Shown piece by piece: positions 23,251 through 35,543 of a DNA stretch of 47,976 nucleotides. Made by a program: the position numbers and the translations under genes. How positions within the stretch are numbered: position 1 is the first letter of the stretch; every line of letters starts with the position of its first letter. A model generated the notes under the pieces. The model worked only from the letters and a program-made list of their open reading frames with translations, ran no database searches and had not been told where the DNA came from. The stretch is from Octopus bimaculoides (taxonomy: Eukaryota), in assembly GCF_001194135.2 (NCBI RefSeq), contig NC_068987.1:110254372-110302347 (forward strand), read 5' to 3'.

Positions 23251-23939
23251 CAGACACATACATATGTATATATACATATTGAAAGAAGCATGTAGTACAC
23301 TCACAAACACACACACACACACACATAACAGGTTTTTTCAGTCTCTCATAATCCCCCATAAATATTGTATCACACTAAAAATACGTACACTGTTAGAAGG
23401 CATGAAGACGTGGAAATGTCCGATATAAAATCTCTTTATAGACTTGTGTTAAAAACAGAGTGTGTGTGTATCAAAGTGAGACGAACATCGTTGCTGCAAT
23501 GATTCACGGGAACGACGGAGGTATTTCGCCTTTGTTGAGGCCTGTCAATACTGCAGCACCCGCTTGTCATATGCTTAAAACGAAATCCGCACCTCGATAA
23601 ATACATTTATGGAAGACAGCGATATTTTTTCAAATACATCAACGAAAGCGATGTGTATTTTGTGTGTGTTACAAACATGAAATGAAATAAATAAATGTCG
23701 GTCAATTAGTACTAATGTTAAGAATTCGTATATAGTATATGTTGCACAGAATACAACATCAACGCACTTAGACTATTCTTACAAGAGACACTTATTAATG
23801 CCAATAAAATACTAAATGCTATCAATGGAAATTATTCAAAGAGAAAAAAAAAAGAAGAAAAAAACTTAACATATGAAAACAACAAACAAAAAACATAAGA
23901 TCAGTCAGTGCCATTTTCAGATAATATAGATATTTGCGG

Positions 23940-24155
23940 AAGGCGGCGAACAGGCAAACAACGTTTGCATGACGGACGAAATGCTTAGCGGTATTTCGTC
24001 TGTCGTTACGTTGTGAGTTCAAATTCCGCCGAGGTCGACTTTGCCTTTTATCCTTTCGGGGTTGATAAATTAAGTACCAGTTGCGTACTGGCTCGACCTA
24101 ATCGACTGGCCCCCTCCCCACAAATTTCGGGCCTTGTGCCTAGAGTAGAAAAGAA
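23940..24155 (+). mobile_element. SINE family B, well-preserved copy
   Basis: aaggcggcga...gaaatgcttagcggtatttcgtc...gagttcaaattccgccgaggtcgactttgccttttatcctttcggggttgataaattaagtaccagtt...gggccttgtgcctagagtagaaaaga. Confidence 0.92.
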
Positions 24156-24353
24156 TATAGATATCTGCGGATTCAAATCGATCTGATCTTTAAAGATTTT
24201 AAAAGCCAATTGGCGGTTGGTGAAAGTCCTATTGAGGTCTTTTGTTTGCCGCATTTTCTAAAATAGTCAGAACTACATTATCAGAGAGATTTGGCTGCTG
24301 TTTCTTGCATATTTAACACGTTCCTCATCAGCTGACTGTTTTATACGTTTCAT

Positions 24354-24535
24354 CTTGTATCTTTTACTTGTTTCAGTGGGAGATAGTCACAAAGACACAC
24401 ACACATACATATATATATATACACACACACTACGGGCTTCTTTCAGTTTCCGTCTACAAAATCCATTCACAAGGCTTTGGTCGGCCCTAAGCTACAGTAG
24501 AAGACACTTGCCCAAGGTGCCATGCAGTAGGACTA
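24354..24535 (-). mobile_element. SINE family A with internal deletion
   Basis: Tail cttttacttgtttcagt joined directly to the microsatellite spacer, then head acgggcttctttcagtttccgtct...cccaaggtgccatgcagt. Confidence 0.8.
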
Positions 24536-24720
24536 TAGTATAAAACACACACACACACACACACACATATGTGTGTATTGCGAAGCAATGGACTGATGTG
24601 CAGGGCGGGAGCACAGTTACCTAAGGAAGGATATCTAGTACATGAACGCTTTTAATAGCTAAAGTAGATGCTATCATATTTGATAAATATAATAAAACAT
24701 AGATTATATATTTGAAATGG

Positions 24721-24769
<49 letters not shown>

Positions 24770-25432
24770 CAGAAGGAAAGAGATATGATAATATGCCGAA
24801 CGATGATTGAAAGTAGAACGTAAGTTGTCAATAATAGCTCTCCAGCTATAGGTCAAAAGTTTAAACGTGTATATATATATATATATACATATATACACAT
24901 GTATTTATACACAGATGTGCATAAATACATATATACACTCACACACATGCGTACATACACACCCCATTAAATCTTCCTTCAGAACCATTTAAACTATTCA
25001 AATTATTCAATAGATTTATTCATAAATAACATTTCCCTGTCAAATGGGAATTTTTTCACTCGACAGATTTTCTTTTACGTGTTTTCGTCTTATTCTTTCT
25101 ACTTCTCATCAGAACTTCCGTAAAGATCATCTTGTTTACAGAAAACATTAGATCAATTGAGATTTTCGTTCAGTGATTTTTTTCACAACAAATATGTACA
25201 CACTCATGCGTGTTCTTACACACACACACTTGCGTGTCAGTGAGTATATAAGAGTGTGTGCGTGTGCTGTGCGTAGATTTTTAGTTTTTGATAGGTGCAA
25301 ATTGCACATGTGATATATATATATATAATTTGCTTCCCTAGTATACACACAAATATATATATATATATATATATATATNNNNNNNNNNATATATATATAA
25401 TTTGCTTCCCTAGTATACACACACATATATAT

Positions 25433-25465
<33 letters not shown>

Positions 25466-25570
25466 ACAAATATATATATATACATACGTGTATGTATACA
25501 CACACATATCTACTTCACACAAAATACTTTACTCATACACGGCAAACATAACACATACGATTCTTTGACC

Positions 25571-25606
<36 letters not shown>

Positions 25607-25989
25607 GTCTGTCTGTCTATCTAATCCGCACAAATATAATTATAAAAGCCATTAGATTTACTTTTTCCTTCCATTATGTCATTATTTCAGAGTCTAAATA
25701 GAAAAAGAGGGTGAAAAAGAAGAGAAGCGAAAAGAATACAACGGAAAAAGAAAATAGAGTTGCAGGACACACATATATATATATAGGTATATATAATCAT
25801 ATATCATATATATGTGTGTGTATAATGTATGTATGTATAATAGATGGCCACGTTTACAGTTTGTCAGAATTGGTAAACTAAAGTAGGTTTCGGTGCATGG
25901 AAGATGTTGTATAACTAGAGAGGGGTAGGAGAGACAGGAGGGAGAGAATGAGGTGAGATTATACTGTAGTGAAGAAGGTGGGAGAAAGA

Positions 25990-26242
25990 GAGAGAGAGAG
26001 AGAGATTGTGAATGTCATACGAATGTGGTGGTGTGAAGTGGCATAAGAACATTGGAGAGAAGGGGAGAGAGAGAGAGAGTTTGTGTGATAAGAAAGTGAT
26101 GTAGAAGAATGTATGTGTAAGAGAGAGAGAGAGAGAGAACACTTCTCTATTGGTGAGAGAGAGAAAGACGTGTTACGAGAAAGAGAAATAGAAAACCACA
26201 GTGGGAGAGAGAAAACAGTAGAAAAGTGTCATAAGAATATGG

Positions 26243-26275
<33 letters not shown>

Positions 26276-26332
26276 TGTGTTTTTACAAGAATATGGTAAA
26301 GAGGGAGAAGGGGAGTCAAAAGAAAATTGTGA

Positions 26333-26364
<32 letters not shown>

Positions 26365-26400
26365 GCGGTGGTGGTGAAGTATGAATACGAATATGGTAGA
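25990..26400. repeat. Composite minisatellite: CATAAGAATATGGT-like motif alternating with (GA)n
   Basis: Motif variants near 26013, 26041, 26085, 26228, 26283 and 26385. Confidence 0.6.
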
Positions 26401-26663
26401 AAGAAAGAGAGAAGAGAAGAGAAATGGAGGAAAGGCGAGGGAAGAGGAGATACTGAAGAGAGAAGGAGAGGAATGGTGAGAGGTGAGACCACAGTAAAGA
26501 CGCAGAGATGTGATTACATAGGACATATGTGATTATGAAATAGGACAAGAGAAAAATAAGGACAAAATCTCGTTATTTTTTAGAGTTATGTCACAAACCA
26601 CGGCCATATTAGTAACATCATCATCATCATCGTCACTATAATTGGAGTTAATGGCACAAACTA

Positions 26664-26920
26664 TCTTTTATTTTTTATATTTAACTTGTTTCAGTCCTTT
26701 GACTGTGGCCATACTGTGCACCGCCTTGGAGAAGTGGAACGACCCCAGCACTCGTTGTTATTGTTACTTTTTGTTTAAAGCCTTGTTGTTATTCGAACGG
26801 TCTCTTTTGCCGACCGCTAAGTTACGGAGAAGTAAACAAACCAACACCGGTTGTTGGTGGACAAACCCAGACACAAAGGCGCGCGCGCACACACACACAC
26901 ATATACATACATATATATAT

Positions 26921-26992
<72 letters not shown>

Positions 26993-27150
26993 CCGCAGGC
27001 TTCTTTCAATTTCCGCCTACCAAATCCACTCACAAGGATTTGATCAGTCCGAAGCTACAGTAGAAGACACTTGCCCAAGGTGCCACGCAGTGGGACTGAG
27101 CCCGGAACCATGTGGTTGGAAAGCAAGCTGCTTACCACACAGCCACACCT
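26664..27150 (-). mobile_element. SINE family A, full length
   Basis: Tail, 3' domain, (CA)/(TA) spacer and head all present in order. Confidence 0.93.
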
Positions 27151-27155
27151 ATATT

Positions 27156-27324
27156 CGACGGGCTTCTTTCAGTTTCCGTCTCCCAAATCCATTTCCAATG
27201 CTTTGATCAGCCCACTACCATAGTTAATAGTAGAGACTTGCCGAAGGTGCCATGCAGTGGGACTGAACCCGGACTCATGTAGTTGGGAAGCAAGCTTCTT
27301 AGCACGCAGCCAGATCAGCGCCTA
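27156..27324 (-). mobile_element. SINE family A, extra 5' head in tandem
   Basis: cgacgggcttctttcagtttccgtc...ggtgccatgcagtgggactgaacccgg...gcagcc immediately after the full copy. Confidence 0.88.
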
Positions 27325-27626
27325 CAATGATCGAAACCAATCACAAGCACCACCTTCAAGACAAACAGTCACGAACAACCACCATAATCACAGCCTTCGA
27401 TAGAAGCTGCAGCAGTTGCAGTGAACCTTACCAATAAATAAATAAATAAAGAAATAAAAAGCGTACGCGCACACATCAATTATTAAAATCAATGAAATGG
27501 AAGTTTCTGGTGAAAAGTTAAAGATTTATGTTGAAAAATTATACACATATATATATATTCATACATAGATACATATATGTATAAGTTGTATGTATATATA
27601 TACACACACACATCTATATCTATCTA

Positions 27627-27662
<36 letters not shown>

Positions 27663-27848
27663 CATACACATCTATATGTATCTATATATCTATATCTATA
27701 TATATATATATACATATACTCTTTACTCTTGTTTGTATATATATGTATGTATANNNNNNNNNNCCACCTGTCCGTTTGTTATTTTCTATTATAATTGCTG
27801 TTATTATTATTATTATTATTTATGGGGGTATGTACGGTTAGACACAAG

Positions 27849-27886
<38 letters not shown>

Positions 27887-28642
27887 TTGTTAGACAATCA
27901 ATAGATAGATAGATAGAGGGGAGAGAGACAGAGAGAGAATAAGAGAGAAAAATGCAGAGAGTATGTTGGAGCGCTTAAGAGGTCTTGCGTATGAGAGTAG
28001 TTATAGAGGATCCCCAACACTTCACAATTGGTATTTAAATTCAATATATTCACTCACCACACACATGCTTAGACAAGCGCCATCATACACAGGTACATAC
28101 AAGCATACACACACACACACACACACACACACATACGTACGTACGTACATAACGATGTGTAACATTCGATCTGTGCTTGTGTTGTACGTGTTTGTGTGAG
28201 CGTGTGTATGTGTATATGTGTATATGTATACGAGATATTTACGACTTAGTGTGTGTATATATACGAGTATAGTCGTTATGGTGTTTATGTGTGCGCGTGT
28301 GTTGGTTTTTACTATTCTGTTAAACAATTAAGTTAAAATACAATTCATTTCTTTGGCTGACAAATTACATTTGTAACGGGGAAAAAAAATTGGTGAAAAA
28401 ATTATTGCTTGTACAACATTGTTTACAGACATACATACATGCAAAGAAATACACGTGTGTGCATTATATACATATATGAATAAGCACACACACACACACA
28501 TATATATATATATAAAATATACACACACGTTTTATACATATATAAACACACGAACTATATGTTTATACATACAAAATAATATATATATATATTTACACAC
28601 ACATGTATGTGTATGTATATATATATATTGTCTGTATGTGTA

Positions 28643-28691
<49 letters not shown>

Positions 28692-28937
28692 CATACACAT
28701 ATACATACAGAAGGGAAGATATAAAGCTACACAAACGCACAAACTATCAACATATATACATATAAAACATATACACACATCTACACACAGCCAAATGCCA
28801 AGGTCCTTTTTTTTTTGAAGAACACATTCACAAGAGAAAACACAAAAAGACGAAAAGANNNNNNNNNNNNNNNNNNNNNNNNNNNNNNNNNNNNNNNNNN
28901 NNNNNNTATGTATATATATATATTGTCTGTATGTGTA

Positions 28938-28986
<49 letters not shown>

Positions 28987-29899
28987 CATACACATATACA
29001 TACAGAAGGGAAGATATAAAGCTACACAAACGCACAAACTATCAACATATATACATATAAAACATATACACACATCTACACACAGCCAAATGCCAAGGTC
29101 CTTTTTTTTTTGAAGAACACATTCACAAGAGAAAACACAAAAAGACGAAAAGAAACAATAACATCAACATGAAAAACAACAACAACAATAACAATAATAA
29201 TTATTATAGACATTACTTCACCGTTGAAATATGAGCTCTTGTGATAAATGGTTATACCTAAGAGAATGCCGATAAATAAGTTAAACCCAATAGAAAACAA
29301 GCGTTTAGCTGTGAATTAATGGTTAAATCATGATAACACCACCCTGCTGCCACCTGGTTGTGTAATCCGGAGGCAAGCTTGTATTTGGTCACATGGGTGT
29401 GCCACTTGAGATGGCACTCGTTAATGGCTAAGGAATATGCCTGGGAGCATGCATGTTCAATGCAGGAATGTCTTTGATCTTTGAGGTTTGCATGACAAGA
29501 ACTGACCAAGAACCAAACGACGCCGCCGCCAACACATTTGTAGATCACTTGTTGCCCAACCCTGCTCTACGTGGACACATAATCTACAAGAAATAGCAGT
29601 TAAATCTTCCTTAACACTTTGGTAAACATATGTCTCCCAAATTCGTTTTGAAAACTATTATTATTGTGGTAAAATAATCAACCTTTTTGTTTTTTGTTTT
29701 TTGGGTATGAAAAGTTTGGTGTTCAGAGAATAACTCAACAAAAAAAATCTTGCCAAGAATATGGTACGTTTTAATGGAAATAAATCCAGAAACAACATAA
29801 AACGAGCACTCACAGAACGCAAACCTCCACCAAGGCAACATCTTTTATTAATTGACATTTTTTTATGCTTCAGGTTCTGTATGTAACTGTTTAATCCTG

Positions 29900-30740
29900 C
29901 CATGTACAAAAGAAGCCTTGGAACTGTCTGAATTTCAAAGAGGCCATATTGTGGATCAATCTGAAGGTGGACATAGTGTAAAATCGCAGAAAACCTTGGG
30001 ATCCCACTTTCTACAGTTAATAGATTGTACAATTCACAAGAGAGGGGAAGGAGTCCACATCACCTCGCCCAAGTTGACCAGGGCTCTCTGACAGGACCCT
30101 TCTCTTTGCTAAGAGAAATGTGGAGGATAATCCTTGTTGCAGGGCCTCTGACATAGCAGAACACGTTGATTCAGTCCCAGAACAGCTGTCAGGTATCTCC
30201 ACAAACTTGGTTACTATGGCAGAGCAGCAAGAAGGAAGCCACTTCTTTGATCAGCTAATGTCAAGTGGAGAAAAGATTGGGCCAGTGAGATGGTGGAGAG
30301 GCCACTAGCATTTTAGGACACTGTCATATTCTCCAGTGAGTCCAGATGTGCTGCATTTTATGACAGTGGTCAAGTGTGGGTCTGGAGACTCTGTGATCAA
30401 GAATTCAATGTGAAAAGATTGCAGCCAACAATGAAACATGGCAGCTATTCTGTGATGGTCTGGGGAGCAATTTGGAGCAATGGTCAATCAGAGCTGGTGG
30501 AGTGTGAGGGAAAGATAAACTCAAATAAATATGTATCCATATTGCAGAAAGGACTCCTTCTAATTTTCTCCAGTGATGAAATGATTACAGAAGACTCTTT
30601 ACTTACGGAAGATGGGGCTCCTTGTCACACCACTAAAATGACCCAAGATGTTTTGGATGAGAATGGCATTAAAAAGCTTCCATGGCCAGGCCAGTCACTA
30701 GATATGAACCCTATTGAACACTTCTGGAACCATAAAGACA
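29900..30740 (+). mobile_element. Decayed Tc1-family (DD34E) transposase
   Basis: Frame-broken motifs ELSEFQRGHIV, VRYLHKLGYYGRAARRKPLL* (30188-30250), *DTVIFSSESR (first catalytic D lost), VWVWR, KHGSYSVMVWG, DGAPCH and WPGQSLDMNPIEHFW; 34 residues between the D of DGAPCH and the E of NPIE. No TIRs recognised. Confidence 0.92.
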
Positions 30741-30861
30741 CTTCATTAAATATTCACATTATAACAATTAAGAAATAATTTGAATGTATAATTTCAGATT
30801 TAAAGGAATTTTAATGATTATAAGGGTGTCTATTTACCCCCGTCACTTATGTGTACATACA

Positions 30862-31028
30862 TGACAGGCTTCTTTCTGTTTCTGTCTACCACATCCCCTC
30901 ACAAGGCCTTGGTTGATCTGAGGCTATCTATAATAGAAGACACTTGCTAACAGTGTCACACAGTGGGTCTGAACCCAGAACCATGTGGTTGGGAAGCAAA
31001 TGTCTCGCCACACAGCAATGCTTGCACC
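30862..31028 (-). mobile_element. SINE family A head, old and strongly CpG-depleted
   Basis: tgacaggcttctttctgtttctgtctacc...tagaagacacttgc...gaaccatgtggttgggaagcaa; the family CpG sites read TG or CA. Confidence 0.85.
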
Positions 31029-31390
31029 ATTAGTTCATGAATAAGTAAAGAAACATTGTTACATGTTATTTTACAGCTATTGTCTGTTGAATGTAAAACA
31101 GTAAATGTTTAATAACGGTATTTAAAAATTTCTTCTTTGTCAACTGTTTTATTATGGCAAAAGCTTCAACTCAAATTACTGAACAAAACAGAACATGTAG
31201 TTGGGGGTTGGGAGTAAATTTATTCTCAGAAAAATTGCCAGGGGGTAAATGGAACGAAAAAGTATAAGGGAACCCCTGCCTTGTGTATAGGGAGATAGGT
31301 GAACAATGTCACAAACACAAGGAAACCTAAGGAGCAGATACTGGTATGTGGGAAACATCACCAAGACAAAGCAGAAAAACAGCAGTGAAA

Positions 31391-31576
31391 TTGTTTAGCC
31401 CTAGGCTCAGCTCTCACTAGGACAGAGCTGTGATTAAAAGTATTCCAGCCAGGACCATCCCATTTTCCTATGTGATGGGGAAACCAGGGCCACACTGTCT
31501 GTTGTGCCCTTTTCTGACACAGTATGCCAGGATTTGAATGAGATTTGGTTGCTACTTCTAGCACATCGAGTAACCA
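31391..31576 (+). mobile_element. Family E repeat, full-length copy
   Basis: ttgtttagccctaggctcag...aaaagtattccagccaggaccatccc...gatttgaatgagatttggttgctacttctagcacatcgagtaacc. Confidence 0.7.
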
Positions 31577-31791
31577 TCTAGAGACCACCTCATTGGCTCA
31601 AATGATGAGTGGAAGTTGTTGCTGTTGTTGTTGTTGTTGTTGTTGTTCTTGTGTGTGCATACAATTATCTTTCAAAAGGGCTCACTATGGAGCCATATGG
31701 ATTTCTGGATTACATTAACTGCCAATGAGAGTTCCTTCTAGTTGCTCCTTGCTTGCAAGCCACCTCACCAAGAGTAGAGGATGGGATGATG

Positions 31792-31822
<31 letters not shown>

Positions 31823-31844
31823 TAATAGTAATAATAATAATAAT

Positions 31845-32075
31845 AATTTCTCACTTACGACGCGCAAGTCATAGGAATGTTGGTGCATAGGGCGGAGTAG
31901 TTTTTATTTAACCAATTGCAGCACTCAACTGGTGCTTAATTTATCAATGCACCCCTCCCCAGCCTGCCTCTCTTCAAGCCACCCTTCCATCCCACACCCA
32001 TTCTTCCTGGTACCCGAAAAGATGAAAGGCAAAGAAAATCGTCTCCGGTGGGATTTGAACACAGAATAATAATAA
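31845..32075 (-). mobile_element. SINE family B, decayed, with C-rich interruption
   Basis: caactggtgcttaatttatcaa, then about 60 bp C-rich sequence, then cccgaaaagatgaaaggcaaag...ggatttgaacacagaa. Confidence 0.7.
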
Positions 32076-33039
32076 CAAAATGAAAATTAATTAGAAAGCC
32101 AAGGTAATTCTGCAGCTGTATCTATGTATCTAACCTTTAAGATAAGCAGAGAGAGAGAGGGGGGGGGGAAGGGAGATGGGGGAGATGTGAGATGAGATGA
32201 AGCGAGGTGTGGTAAGAGGAAAGATTAGAAGAGTATGAAGGGGAGGAGGGGGGAAAAAGGTGAGAAGGTGAGAGAATATGTTTATAAGTACTATGTTATT
32301 TCATCTCTGAACTTTTCTTTTTTTTTTATTTTGACTGATGAGGAAAAGATGAGGTAGATGTGTGTGTGGGTGGGTGACAGCTAAGGGTTGGCATTACGGT
32401 TTGAAGAGGGAGAGAGGTCAGAGATGAAACCCAGCGAAAGAAATAAAAGGGAAAAAGTAAAGCAAATACAAAACTATAACTTGGAACATGAAAAAAAAAA
32501 ATTATTAAAAAAAAAACGGGTTCTCTGTAAACAAATAATTAAAGAATTTCTTACACAAGCCTAATAATACCTTTGAAAGGGAACAGCAAAGTATTGAAGG
32601 GGCTGGTTGTGCTGGTGGCAAGGAACAGTGACCAAATTTTCTTAAGCTGTGTCACTGGCAGTATTTTATCTGTTGTTAAACTCTAAGTTAGCCTCGATTG
32701 AAGAGGTCCCAGTTTTGACCAAATCTGTTACACTCCCTCTCTATCTCATATATAAAATCAAACAAGAATTGCGAAGGTAAACAAAACCTACATATGTTTC
32801 ATAGCTAAATGATGTTTGTTACACAGCAATTTTAGTTGCTAAAGCCAAAGTTGTATAGCGGCCGTTAGCTTATTGAAATTTCCATTGGTTTCAAAATGGG
32901 ATGAGGTGTAAAACATAACAGTAATTAAACTCTATTTATCATATATTGTACACATTTTGTCATCTATGCTAGCAGTGTTCATACTCAAAGCTTACTAACT
33001 TCCTTTACCAGGATCTTTCAGATTGTACTACTCAATAAC

Positions 33040-33214
33040 TATACACACATGTATATATTTGATACACTGACGAAGCTATAAGGCTCTGAATGCATTGCGT
33101 CTTACAGTAGAAACAGCTGTAAGCTAATGAAATTCATTACATAATTACCTGAAGCACCAGTATATCGAGTTCTGACAGCGGGTTATTAGTATCACTATGA
33201 CTAATATATATATA
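33040..33214 (+). mobile_element. Probable Penelope-like element terminal fragment
   Basis: Contains the hammerhead-like motif and ends in (TA)n. The assignment rests on the known association of minimal hammerheads with Penelope-like termini; the left boundary is uncertain. Confidence 0.45.
33067..33121 (+). ncRNA. Minimal type I hammerhead-ribozyme-like motif
   Basis: CTGACGA (33067-33073); stem II gctataaggc/gtcttacagt (9 of 10 pairs including 2 G-U); GAAAC-AGCT-GTA (33110-33121). Stem I pairing is not evident. Confidence 0.45.
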
Positions 33215-33590
33215 CTCTTTACTCTCTTTTACTCTTTTATTTGTTCCAGTCGTTTGACTGTGGCCTTGCTGGAACTTATTTTTTGTGAGCCTAGTACTTA
33301 TACTATCAATCTCTTTTGTCGAACAGCTAAGTTACGGGGACGTAGACACACCAACATTGATTGTCAAGCAAAGGGGTGGGGGGACAAACACAGAGACACA
33401 AACATATACGTACATACATATATATACGACGGGCTTCTTTCAGTTTCCGTCTACTAAATCCACTCACAAGGCTTTGGTCGGCCCGAGGCTATAGTAGAAG
33501 ACACTTGCCCAAGGTGCCACGCAGTGGGACTGAACCCAGAACCATGTGGCTGGTAAGCAAGCTACTTATCACACAGCCACTCCTCCACCT
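33215..33590 (-). mobile_element. SINE family A, full length, relatively young
   Basis: (CTCTTTTA)n-like tail, 3' domain, short spacer and near-consensus head. Confidence 0.93.
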
Positions 33591-33610
33591 ATATATATAT
33601 ATATATATGT

Positions 33611-33988
33611 AGGTGCAGGTGTGGCTGTGTCATTGAGAAATTTGCTTTCCAGTCACCGTGGCATCAAGTTCAGTTCCACTGTTCAGCAACTTTGGCATCT
33701 TTTTCTATAATTGGGCTGACAAAGAAGCCTGTCATGTGTGTGTGTGTGCCTTTGTTTTGATATGATGGGGTTGTAAACAAGCATCACCATCATACTAGCA
33801 ATGTTGTTAGTTTCTAATCTTCTGCGACAGACACATCTGGCCATGGTGAAACATTGCCTTGCCTGGAAACAGGCGAAAGTTGGCAACAGGAAGGGTATCC
33901 AGCTGTAAAACAATATCTGCCTCGGCAAAATTTCGTCTAACCCATGCAAGCATGGAAAAGAAGACGTTAAACACTAATGATGATGATG
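33611..33988 (+). mobile_element. SINE with A-type head and RTE-like tail (F), (ATG)n end
   Basis: Decayed A head aggtgcaggtgtggctgtgt...gttcagttccactg, then ttggcaacaggaagggtatccagctgtaaaa...cccatgcaagcatggaaaagaagacgttaaacactaatgatgatgatg. Confidence 0.75.
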
Positions 33989-34127
33989 TTGGTAGTGGAA
34001 TGGTGAAACATCAGAAGCTGTCATAAAAGTAAAAAGTCACTTTTGTGACAGCAGAATTTGAACCCTCGACGGCTTACTGATCTGACCAAGCAGAATAAAA
34101 TTAAACCAACAAACAATAATATTAAAG

Positions 34128-34158
<31 letters not shown>

Positions 34159-34562
34159 AAATAATAATAATAATAATTTAAATTATAAAATTAAACCCGT
34201 TCTCTTGTTTTAGAACTATTTCCGTAAAATTTTTCTCAAACTTTTTAAAACACAACCATTATTTTATACTCCTGTATCTCTAAAAATACAAAACAAAAAC
34301 AAATGCCACTAATGGTTACAATCAATAAACTCGCCATATGCTGCAGTTATTTCTTTAGTTTTGCTTCAGTTAAACAACCGCACTCTTGAAAAATAAGATA
34401 AAATGAAATTATATAAATTCATAAAATTGTCTAAATTGAACCGCCCAAAAAATGCACATACGCACACAACGAATGTATAAATATATGCATATATATATTT
34501 GTGTGCATGTGTGCATATATACATGTTTGTATATGTCTATGCACATGTGTGTGTATATATAC

Positions 34563-34598
<36 letters not shown>

Positions 34599-34951
34599 TT
34601 ATGTATCTGAATGGCTTCGTTGAAAATGGGAAGCCATTTAACTGAGGCACGCACACATCAGATTCCGATGGAAACTTAATGCAATAATTTCAAAAACGCT
34701 GTGTAATAAACACTAGTAATTTAGATGCTATATTATTTTAATGCACCAAGTTTTCAAATGTGTGATGATCACAACAACAGTAACAACAACAACAATAATG
34801 ATTGGAATGTAAGGAGAAACTGTTGATGTAGTTTTCAAGCAATTAACAATAACAACAATAATAATGTTAAAATAATAATAATAAACAATAATGATGATAA
34901 TAATAATAATAATAATAATAACAATAATAATAATAATATTAGCTCAAATAA

Positions 34952-35085
34952 TCATCATTTAATATCCATTTTTCCATGCTTGAATGAAGTTCATTTGAGG
35001 CAAATATTCTACATTTGGATGCCTTTCCTGTCACCAATCCTCACCTATTTCCAACCAAGGTAATATTTCTCAATGGCCAGGTGTA
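34952..35085 (-). mobile_element. Tail F fragment
   Basis: catcatttaatatccatttttccatgctt...tggatgcctttcctgtcaccaatcctcacct is the reverse complement of the 33870-33988 tail. Confidence 0.75.
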
Positions 35086-35360
35086 TTCTTGCAGAATATT
35101 TTTTTCTTTGATTTATCAAGGAAATTTCTCAAGAGTTTCCTTTCCTTTGATTTTTCAAGCACAATGGCTGATAATTCCTCAAGCAGTGACTTAAAACGAT
35201 TTATTTATAATTATTTATACATTAACGATTAGCTAGGAAACTGATGTCCAAAAGCTGATAGCTCGTAAATATATGTAAAGATACATATAACCAACTTAAC
35301 TTTATTCACCCCCCTTGGGTAAGTGAAAGTGACATGACAATAAGTAAAAATTAACAGGTC

Positions 35361-35543
35361 CAGGAGTGGCTGTGTGGTAAGTAGCTTGCTTACCAACCAC
35401 ATGGTTCTGGGTTCAATCCCACTGCGTGGCACCTTGGGCAAGTGTCTTCTACTATAGCCTCAAGCCTACCAAAGCCTTGCGAGTGGATTTGGTAGACGGA
35501 AGCTGAAAGAACCCCGTCGTATATATATATATATATATATATA
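35361..35543 (+). mobile_element. SINE family A head plus (TA)n
   Basis: caggagtggctgtgtggtaagtagcttgcttaccaaccacatgg...gctgaaagaaccccgtcg(ta)n. Confidence 0.93.

Noticed and set aside
25315-25450. Duplicated aatttgcttccctagtatacacac block
   Set aside because: The copies flank the 10-N gap 25379-25388; likely an assembly or haplotype artefact.
28612-29153. 247-bp direct duplication (28612-28858 and 28907-29153)
   Set aside because: Same-length, apparently identical copies on either side of a gap; an assembly artefact.
34018-34051. 13-bp hairpin ctgtcataaaagt/acttttgtgacag
   Set aside because: AT-rich, short and overlapping a SINE B remnant; no further support.
34803-34824. tggaatgtaaggag resembling the miR-1/206 5' end
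   Set aside because: The match is lost after about 13 nt and no complementary arm lies nearby; the flanks are microsatellite.
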